Below are positions 56,383 to 64,000 of a stretch of DNA of 64,000 nucleotides, in pieces. Within the stretch, counting starts at the first letter, position 1. The number at the start of each line of letters is the position of its first letter. The DNA lies in contig CAWJEN010000006.1 of NCBI GenBank assembly GCA_963841915.1, positions 640,001 to 704,000 on the forward strand. The letters are read 5' to 3'. The DNA is from an uncultured Planctomycetota bacterium. GTDB taxonomy: Bacteria > Planctomycetota > Phycisphaerae > Tepidisphaerales > Tepidisphaeraceae. Position numbers and translations under genes: made by a program. A model generated the notes under the pieces. It was given only the letters and a program-made list of their open reading frames with translations. It was not told the origin of the DNA and made no database searches.

Positions 56383-57903
56383 ATGAAGTTATTACTGTCG
56401 TTCGTCGGCATGTCCGTCGCTGCTCAAGCGGCGCTCGTTGCCCTGCCCGCTGCCGCCGATGCCGAACAGGCTATGGACGAGCGGCCCAACGTGCTTGTCG
56501 TCTTCACGGATGATCAGCGGTTTGACGCAGCCGGTTTTTCGGGCAACACGGCCATTTACACGCCGAACCTCGACCGCGTCGCTCGGCAGGGCGTGATCTT
56601 CGACAACTGCTTCGTCAACACCAGTATCTGCGCCGTCAGCCGGGCAAACCTCATCACCGGCCAATACCCCGATCGGCATGGCGTGACGGACTTTTTCAAA
56701 GTCCTCGACGACGAGCAGATGCAGGCGACCTTCCCCGTGCGTCTCCGAGAAGCCGGGTATTTCACCGGGCAGATCGGCAAGTGGGGTATCGGCGACTCGA
56801 TCGAGTCAACGCACCGCGCAGCCACCTTCTTCGACTACTGGGGCGGCGCGTCGCACCAGACGAACTTCCTTCACGAGGCCGACTGCACGTACGTGCTGTA
56901 CGACGGCGTCAGCAAGCCGATCAACGATGTCTGCGACTGCCCGGCAGATAGTCGCGGCGTCAAGGGGCCGCACGTGCGCATTGGCCGTGCCAACCTGCAG
57001 GGCGAGGTCCTGCAGGTTGACATGGACGTGGCACCGATGAAAGCGAAGGACTTTCTCGATGCCCGTGACGAAGCGGGTAAGAACAAGCCGTTTGCGTTGC
57101 TGGTGCAATTCAAGGCCCCGCACTCGCCGTTTGGTGATTGGGACTTGGAGATGAAAGACAGGTACAAAGGCCTGTTCCTGCCGCACCCGCCGACGGCGAC
57201 GATGCAAGTCGCCGATGCCGAACCGCAGGTGGTCAAGAAGTCTCTCGGCGGCGGTGGAGGTCGTCGCCTCGCCGGGAGTGAAGAGGAGATGCAAAAGCAC
57301 CTGCAGAACTACTACCGCCTTGTCAGTAGCATGGATGCCGGCTTCGGCAAGATCATCGACGAGCTCGAAGCTCGTGGCGAACTCGACAACACCGTTATCT
57401 TCTTCACGAGTGACAACGGCTTTATGAACGGCGATCACGGGTCGATCGAGAAGTGGCTCATGTACGAGCCGTCGCTGCGGGTTCCTGGCTTCGTCACCGA
57501 CATGCGTCAGCCGCGGACACAAGGCCCCAAGCGTGTGCAGGAACTGGTAACGACGGTTGACTTCGGTGCGAGCGTTCTTGATGCCGCCGGCCTGGACGTG
57601 CCGTCGAACATGACGGGCGTGAGCTTCATGTCTGCGATCGACGGCGAGTTGACCGGGTGGCGTGACGACTTCTACTACCACCAGCCGTTCCTGGCCAACG
57701 GCCGGTTGCCCTACACGACGGGCGTCCGAAGCGAGCAGTACAGCTATACGGCCTACGAGAGTGAGACGCCGATCGTCGAGCAGCTCTTTGACCTGCATGC
57801 GGATCCGATGCAGTTGAACAACCTTATAAACGATCCGGCCCATGCCGAAGTGGCTAAAGCTATGCGACTTCGGCTCGAAGAGTTGAAGAACGAGGTGAAG
57901 TAA
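56383..57903 (+). CDS. sulfatase (S1)
   Basis: RPNVLVVFTDDQR, CAVSRANLITG, GKWG, SDNG and KWLMYEPSLRVP motifs. Confidence 0.92.
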   Translation: MKLLLSFVGMSVAAQAALVALPAAADAEQAMDERPNVLVVFTDDQRFDAAGFSGNTAIYTPNLDRVARQGVIFDNCFVNTSICAVSRANLITGQYPDRHGVTDFFKVLDDEQMQATFPVRLREAGYFTGQIGKWGIGDSIESTHRAATFFDYWGGASHQTNFLHEADCTYVLYDGVSKPINDVCDCPADSRGVKGPHVRIGRANLQGEVLQVDMDVAPMKAKDFLDARDEAGKNKPFALLVQFKAPHSPFGDWDLEMKDRYKGLFLPHPPTATMQVADAEPQVVKKSLGGGGGRRLAGSEEEMQKHLQNYYRLVSSMDAGFGKIIDELEARGELDNTVIFFTSDNGFMNGDHGSIEKWLMYEPSLRVPGFVTDMRQPRTQGPKRVQELVTTVDFGASVLDAAGLDVPSNMTGVSFMSAIDGELTGWRDDFYYHQPFLANGRLPYTTGVRSEQYSYTAYESETPIVEQLFDLHADPMQLNNLINDPAHAEVAKAMRLRLEELKNEVK

Positions 57904-57966
57904 ATTTGCCGGGTGACAGCGTGGGCACCCCGCGACGTTGCTCAATTCCATCTGGAGGAGCATCCC

Positions 57967-58752
57967 ATGAAGAAGTCCACGAGAACTCCTCGAACCGGCT
58001 TCACGCTGGTCGAGTTGTTGGTCGTCATCGGCATCATTGCTTTGCTGATCTCGATTCTGCTGCCGACGTTGTCGAGTGCGATGAGTAGCGCACGAGGCGT
58101 GAGGTGTGCCAACAATTTACGTCAGCAGGCGTTAAGCATGCACCAGTACGCTCTCGATGAAGATGGCTGGTTCCCGCAGTCGACCGCTAAGGGCCGTTGG
58201 GCGTTAGGCGGCATGAGTTCTTCGCCAATCACTGATCCGCTGCCAGTACGCTTCAAGGAGCCGGCTGCCCAGGCATTGCTGTACGTCGGTGAGTACATCG
58301 ATGAGGTAGATTTGTTTTACTGTCCTGATAAGGCCGCAGGCGTCATCAGGAGAGACCAGATTCCTGTCTACCGCGAAAAGTTCGAGAACGCGGACTACCG
58401 AAATCTGTTTGTCAATTACCCGATGTGGTCCAACTATCGTGCGGCCCAGTTCTCGCCGGAGAACAACGTACTCATCGAGCGTGGCGAACTCATTTCGGAC
58501 CGCAACAACCAAAGCGGTGCGAATATCATCGTTTCAGATGCCGTTGCCGTACACACGACAGATGGATACGACCCCTGGACGAATCATGTGGAGGACGGGG
58601 CCTATGTGGACTCTGTGACGGGCAACACATTCCAAGCTAAGCCGCTGGGCGGTCGAATCGGGCGAGCGGACGGCTCTGTTATCTTCGAATACTTCCCAGA
58701 TCTGGAGCTGCGTTACAGCGCCCCGCAGGGTAACGTGCGTTTCTTCTTCTGA
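57967..58752 (+). CDS. prepilin-type N-terminal cleavage/methylation domain protein (DUF1559-like)
   Basis: [36 protein letters not shown] and C-terminal NH...G...ADGSV. Confidence 0.9.
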   Translation: MKKSTRTPRTGFTLVELLVVIGIIALLISILLPTLSSAMSSARGVRCANNLRQQALSMHQYALDEDGWFPQSTAKGRWALGGMSSSPITDPLPVRFKEPAAQALLYVGEYIDEVDLFYCPDKAAGVIRRDQIPVYREKFENADYRNLFVNYPMWSNYRAAQFSPENNVLIERGELISDRNNQSGANIIVSDAVAVHTTDGYDPWTNHVEDGAYVDSVTGNTFQAKPLGGRIGRADGSVIFEYFPDLELRYSAPQGNVRFFF

Positions 58753-58848
58753 TCCGCAGCCTCTCTAACCTGTGGCGCCCGTGCCATCCGGGCACCGCTT
58801 GATTTCATGCTCGTGGTCTTTAATCACGAGTTCATTAGGAACCAAATC

Positions 58849-60793
58849 ATGACTCCAAAGCCTTATTGGGTTGTCGCCCTCGCCGCCTTTGGCTGGCTGG
58901 CCGGGCTGTCGCCCGCCGCCGCCCCTGCCGCCGAGCCTGCTCGGCCGAACATCGTCTTCATTATGGCCGACGATCTCGGCTGGATGGATACGGGCGTGTA
59001 CGGCAGCGACTTCTACGACACGCCGCACATCGACGCCCTTGCCGCACGTGGCATGCGGTTCACCAACGCCTACTCGGCCAGCCCGCTCTGCTCGCCGACG
59101 CGAGCGTCAGTGCTGACCGGGCAGTACCCCGGTCGTATTGGCATGACGGCGCCGCACGGCCACCTGCCGCAAGTCGTGCTCGAATCGTCCGCCGGTCAGG
59201 CCGGCGACACCTTCCTACCGCGCCACGGCCAATGTGTCGGTTTCTCGGTTGAAAAACAGCTACCAAACCTACGCCGAAGATCTCAAAAACGCCGGCTACG
59301 CCACCGGCTTCTTCGGCAAGTGGCACCTCGGCTTCGATCCCTACATCCCGGAGAACCAAGGCTTTGACACCGTTGTCGGTGGCGGCGGATACCCGGGGCC
59401 GCGGAGCTTCTTCTCGCCTTACAACATGCCCGAAGTTCCCGACGGGCCCGCAGGCGAGCACATCGATGACCGCATGGTGGCCGAGGCCATCAAGTTCATG
59501 GACGAAGCCGCTTCGGACGGCAAGCCGTTCCTCGTCAATTTCTGGAGCTGGGACGTTCACGCACCGTTCCAAGGCAAGGACGACCTCATCGCCAAGTACC
59601 AGGCGAAGCTCGATGCCAATCCGAACCTGAAGCAGAAGAGCCCAACCATGGGCGCGATGGTCGAGACGCTTGATCAGAACGTCGGCCAGCTCATGGCCCA
59701 CGTCGAGGAACTTGGGCTCACGGATGACACCCTCGTCGTCTTCTTCAGTGACAACGGCGGCAACATGTACGACGAGGTGGACAGCACCACGCCGACGAAC
59801 AACGCGCCGCTTCAGAACGGTAAGGGCAACATTCTCGAGGGTGGCATCCGCGTGCCGCTTATTGCAGCCTGGCCCGGCAAGATCGCCCAAGGCAAGGTCA
59901 GTGACACCCTTGCCATCTCGACCGACATCTACCCGACGTTCCTTGATCTGCTCGACCTCGAACCGCCTTCGAACCAGGTGATCGACGGCATCAGCATCGC
60001 ACCGGTTCTACTGCGTGGTGAGTCGCTGGATCGCGACTCGTTCATCATCGATTTCCCGCACAATGTCGTTGCGACGGAAAATCGCTCGTCGATCGCTGTC
60101 CGCAAGGGCGACATGAAGCTCATCCGCTACTACTGGGATGCCAAGATTCCGACCGGTGCCAAGCCTGAGCACCGCTACGAGCTCTACGACCTGTCGAGCG
60201 ACATCGGCGAGAGCAAGAACCTCGCCGCCGATCAAGCTGACATGGTGAAGGTCATGGACGCGATGATCGAGGATTATCTGGAGGAAACCGGTGCCGTCTC
60301 GCCGGTCCCCAACCCCAATTTTGACGCTGCCGCACCGCCTGCTGTCAGGGGTGGTGGCCAAGCCAACGGCCCGCCCCGCGGCGAGCGTGACCCTGTCGCC
60401 GGCTGGATTCCCGGTGGAACCTGTGACCTCGAAGTCGTCGACGGCATGCTCGTCCTGACGTCCAAGGGCAACGACCCGTACCTCTCTTGCCGTGAAGGTG
60501 TGCCCAGCGCGACCGGCAAGCTGGAGGTCCGCTTCACCATGTCCTCGAATATCACCGGCTCGGGCCAACTCTTCTGGACGAGCGGCAAGCTCAAGGCATT
60601 CCAGGCAGCACGATCCGTCGAATTCGACATGAAGAAGGGAGACGACGAGCACGACTACGTCGTCGAAATCGACATCGATGACGAGCTGACCGGCGTGCGT
60701 ATCGACCCGGGCCGTTCGCCCGGCAAGGCGTCGATCAAGTCGATCGGCATTTACGACGCCAGCGGCACGAAGCTCGAGGAGTGGACCTTCTAA
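58849..60793 (+). CDS. sulfatase (S1) with C-terminal accessory domain, frameshifted at about 59220
   Basis: RPNIVFIMADDLG and CSPTRASVLTG in the first frame; GKWHLG, SDNGG and EGGIRVP in the second. Confidence 0.88.
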
Positions 60794-60819
60794 AACACTC
60801 CTTCGCATTTGAGACGAAA

Positions 60820-60853
60820 CACGGCCGAACCTTCGGGTTCGGCCGTGCTTTTT
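60820..60853 (+). terminator. intrinsic terminator with UUCG tetraloop
   Basis: CACGGCCGAACC-TTCG-GGTTCGGCCGTG-CTTTTT. Confidence 0.85.
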
Positions 60854-60880
60854 GCGCTTCACGGGCTATATTCGCGGCCA

Positions 60881-63577
60881 ATGAATCTTCAGGCGTCACG
60901 CCCTATGTCTCAGTCGGTTCGCCTCGATGATCTACCTTGGTCAGCCGCTGCCGTTGCTCCGTCGCTGAATGAGAAGGTCGGCCCACCGATCCGGTTCGGC
61001 GGGCGCTTCAAGGCCGTCGCGGCCGAGGGCAGCGATGTCGCCCGGTTGCTGTGCGTCGTGCCGTTGACGAACGCGTTTCCGGTGTCGTCGGGCTACTTCA
61101 TCGTCGGCAGCACGACGAAGGCGAAGCTGCGCATCAACGGCCAACCCGTCGATCTTGTCGCCGGTCAGGATGAACCCTTTGACGTCTGGGGGCACCTTTG
61201 GGCGCATCTCGTCAGCGGGGACAACACGCTCGAACTCGAGGTGCCGGTCGGCGAGACTTTTGAGTACGCGCTGCAAATGCGTGACGTCGACGCCAACGGC
61301 GATGCGACGATCATCGACTTCGATAGCGACGGGTGGACCGTCAGTGACGGTGCGATCGAGAAGGTCGGCGACTCTGACGACACCGAGCTGTTCGATCGGC
61401 CGCGTCGCAGCGTCGAGCTGTGCAAGCGTGTTCCGCACGACAAGCCGATCCGCAGCGCCTCGCTGACGCTGGTCGGCCCGACGGCGCGAGACGTACGCCT
61501 TAACGACAAAGCTGTCACGCAGCTGGCGCTCGAGCCGGGTTGGACCGATTACCGCAAGCGGCTGACCACGACGACCTACGACGTCACCGACCTCATCGAT
61601 GCCGAGGGCGACGCGATCGCGTGGAACATGACGCTCGGTAACGGCTGGTACACGAGCGGCATGGGCTGGCAGCACAAGGGTCGCTTCACCTCACCCGACA
61701 CGCCGCTCTGGATCATGGGCGAGCTGACGCTCGAACACGACGACGGCACGACCACCAGGCACGTCACCGACACGTCATGGCAATGGCGTCGCTCGAGTAT
61801 CGTTTTTGACTCGATCTACGACGGCGAGCACCGCGAACCCGTTGCCGACGAGGCGGCGTGGCAGAGCGTGGTCAGCGTCGACATCAACGGCGACACGCTC
61901 GTCGGCAAGACGATGGCACCGCCGATCGCTCACATCGAGACGCTGGCCGTGCAACACGCCGAGGCTAAAGGTGACGGCCGCTTCATCCTCGACTTCGGCC
62001 AGAATCACACGGGCGTCTGCAGTGTGACGCTGACCAACGTGCCGAGCGGGTCAAAGCTGCGGCTTCGGCACGCCGAATTGCTGACCGACGACGGCGAGCT
62101 GAACGTGATCTACCTACGGACCGCCCGCGCCGCCGACCGGTTGACGACGAGCGGCGAGTCGACCTGGACGCCGGGGATGACCTATCACGGCTATCGCTTC
62201 GCCGAGCTTGACGGCTTGCCGAGCGGCTGGACCGCCGACGACGTGAAGCAACGCGTCGTCAGCCTCGTCTTGCACTCTGACGTCAAGAAGATCGGCACAT
62301 TCAGCACATCCAACTCGCTGCTGAACAAGATCAATGATGCCGTCAGCTGGGGCATTCGATCGAACCTGCACTCGACAATCACCGATTGTCCGCAGCGTGA
62401 CGAGCGGCTCGGCTGGACAGGCGACGCTCAGATCATCGCCGACACCGCGCCGTGGTACTTCGACATGCACGGCATGTACCGCAAGTACCTGCTCGACCTC
62501 ATAGACGCCCAGCACGACGACGGCGGCGTGCCGCACGTCGCGCCGCAGACCGTGGTCGATGAAGTATCCATGGCCTGGGCGGACGTCATCGCGGTGCTGC
62601 CTTGGACGCTTTGGCAGCAGTACGGCGACCGTGAGGCGATGGAAGTTGCCTATCCGTCGGTGAAGAAGTGGCTCGACTATCTCGAGCGGCATGAGGTCGA
62701 CGGCCGCTGCGATGTCGAGACGTTCGGCGACTGGGTGCCGGTCGTCGAGACGCCGACGAAGCTCGTCGCCCAAGCTTGGAGCGTTCAAGCGGCGCAGCTG
62801 GCCCAGAAGATCGCTACCGCACTCGGCCATGACGCCGACGCCAAGACTTACGCCGCCGCCGCGAAGCGGCGGGCGAGCTACTTCCACGACAAGTACTTCA
62901 ACGCCGCCGACGGCCGATACGAGCCGAACACGCAGACGGCGCAGGTGCTGCCGTTGGCATTTGGGATCGTTCCCGCCGAGCAGGTCGAAGCCGTCGCCAA
63001 AGCACTCGCCACCAATGTGCGGGAGCACGACGGCCGCCTGACCGTCGGGTTCTGCGGCGCGCCGCTGCTGTGCCATGTGCTCAGCGAGAACGGTTACGAC
63101 GACCTTGCGTACGGCATCGTGTCGACCGATCAAAAGCCGTCGCTCGGTTACATGATTAAGGCCGGCGGGACGACGATCTGGGAACGTTGGGACAGCGACA
63201 CGTCGCCGCCTGACATGAATTCGCGGAATCACTTTGCGTTCGGGTCGATGAGCCGCTGGTTCTACGAGCACCTTGCCGGCGTCACGATGCAGCGTGGCAA
63301 CGACGGACGGCTGGCAATCACGCTGCGGCCGCGTCCGTTCGGGGATCTGGAGCACGTCGAAATCAGCCGCGACATGCCCGAGGGAACGCTAAGGGTGCGA
63401 TGGGAGCGAGAGGGCAATGCATTTCGCGTACACGGAGATGTTCCTGCCGATATGAACGTGACGCTGGAGTTGCCTTCTGGGAGCAACGGCGTCGAGGTCG
63501 ACGGCGGCGAAGCTGCCGATGGAATGTGGCAACTAACGAAACCCGCGTTTGCGGCGACAGCAACGCTTATGGAATAG
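60881..63577 (+). CDS. alpha-L-rhamnosidase, GH78
   Basis: PGWTDY, LDFGQN, TDCPQRDERLGWTGD, TTIWERW and SRNH motifs. Confidence 0.93.
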   Translation: MNLQASRPMSQSVRLDDLPWSAAAVAPSLNEKVGPPIRFGGRFKAVAAEGSDVARLLCVVPLTNAFPVSSGYFIVGSTTKAKLRINGQPVDLVAGQDEPFDVWGHLWAHLVSGDNTLELEVPVGETFEYALQMRDVDANGDATIIDFDSDGWTVSDGAIEKVGDSDDTELFDRPRRSVELCKRVPHDKPIRSASLTLVGPTARDVRLNDKAVTQLALEPGWTDYRKRLTTTTYDVTDLIDAEGDAIAWNMTLGNGWYTSGMGWQHKGRFTSPDTPLWIMGELTLEHDDGTTTRHVTDTSWQWRRSSIVFDSIYDGEHREPVADEAAWQSVVSVDINGDTLVGKTMAPPIAHIETLAVQHAEAKGDGRFILDFGQNHTGVCSVTLTNVPSGSKLRLRHAELLTDDGELNVIYLRTARAADRLTTSGESTWTPGMTYHGYRFAELDGLPSGWTADDVKQRVVSLVLHSDVKKIGTFSTSNSLLNKINDAVSWGIRSNLHSTITDCPQRDERLGWTGDAQIIADTAPWYFDMHGMYRKYLLDLIDAQHDDGGVPHVAPQTVVDEVSMAWADVIAVLPWTLWQQYGDREAMEVAYPSVKKWLDYLERHEVDGRCDVETFGDWVPVVETPTKLVAQAWSVQAAQLAQKIATALGHDADAKTYAAAAKRRASYFHDKYFNAADGRYEPNTQTAQVLPLAFGIVPAEQVEAVAKALATNVREHDGRLTVGFCGAPLLCHVLSENGYDDLAYGIVSTDQKPSLGYMIKAGGTTIWERWDSDTSPPDMNSRNHFAFGSMSRWFYEHLAGVTMQRGNDGRLAITLRPRPFGDLEHVEISRDMPEGTLRVRWEREGNAFRVHGDVPADMNVTLELPSGSNGVEVDGGEAADGMWQLTKPAFAATATLME

Positions 63578-63667
63578 TCCGCCTGATCAGCTGGTGTGAC
63601 GGTAGATTGAGTCGGACGTTGCCGCGTCACGAGAAGCGTTGTAAAGTTGAATAATCCCCGACCTTCT

Positions 63668-63679
63668 TGGTATAGACCA
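63668..63679. promoter_or_regulatory. putative GntR operator
   Basis: TGGTATAGACCA upstream of the gene at 63717. Confidence 0.55.
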
Positions 63680-63716
63680 TGGCGGGCTGTTCAACGATGT
63701 TCCTGAGGAGGAAGTT

Positions 63717-64000
63717 ATGCCTGATCGAACTGTTCCTGCTGCCGTCCGGCTTGCCGCCGCCGCCGTTTTGGGTGGCCTGTGTTTGGCACCGCACACTGCC
63801 GACGCTGCCGACTTCAACGTCGGCAACCGCTGGACCCGTACTGCCACCGACGGTGGTGGCATGGCCCGTGGCGACGCGATGACGCTCACCTGGGGCATCG
63901 TCCCCGATGGCACACCGACCTTTGGCGGTCGCAGCAGCAACCTGCTCGGTCGACTCGACGCGGTTTACGGCTCGGGGCCGGGTGGTGACGACCTGACCCA
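63717..64000 (+). CDS. secreted protein, probably matrixin-like metalloprotease (5' part; runs off the window)
   Basis: GAGGAGG RBS; signal peptide MPDRTVPAAVRLAAAAVLGG; RWTRTATDGGG...TLTWGIVPDGT...LDAVYGSGPGGDDLT. The HExxH motif is not within the window. Confidence 0.55.
   Translation, partial: MPDRTVPAAVRLAAAAVLGGLCLAPHTADAADFNVGNRWTRTATDGGGMARGDAMTLTWGIVPDGTPTFGGRSSNLLGRLDAVYGSGPGGDDLT

Overview
A GC-rich bacterial chromosomal segment, most likely Planctomycetota (Phycisphaerae-like). This assignment is inferred from PEP-CTERM proteins, a prepilin N-methylation protein, several sulfatases, Uma2 genes and scattered operons. Bases 1-45 kb are mostly housekeeping genes (nuoA, nusB, ribH, aroB, lpxI, yebC, hisG, rbfA, greA, atpC, pepA, fabG-acpP-fabF, rph, truA, an E2 acyltransferase, DAHP synthase, aspS, polyprenyl synthase) plus tRNA-Ala(CGC), tRNA-Ile2(CAT) and tRNA-Thr(TGT). 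Three parS-like palindromes near 38.7-40.0 kb suggest the window is close to the replication origin. An accessory patch at 11.6-16.5 kb holds REP-like palindromes, a 218-bp REP-doublet tandem array, an HsdR_N-like nuclease gene, orphan 3' gene tails and a Uma2 pseudogene. Bases 45-64 kb form a sulfated-glycan utilisation locus: four sulfatases, GH78, DUF5722, a clan GH-A-like protein, an MFS transporter, a GntR regulator, a prepilin-like protein and a PEP-CTERM protein, with a recurring TGGACTAGTCCA-like operator. The most notable observations are (1) an AAA ATPase with an MIT-like N-terminus and a Vps4/katanin-like tail, (2) palindrome-adjacent captured gene tails, (3) a pervasive leaderless-promoter architecture and (4) a putative binding module shared by a sulfatase and a PEP-CTERM protein. 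Four single-base frameshifts may be assembly errors. All calls were made by eye; no database searches were run.
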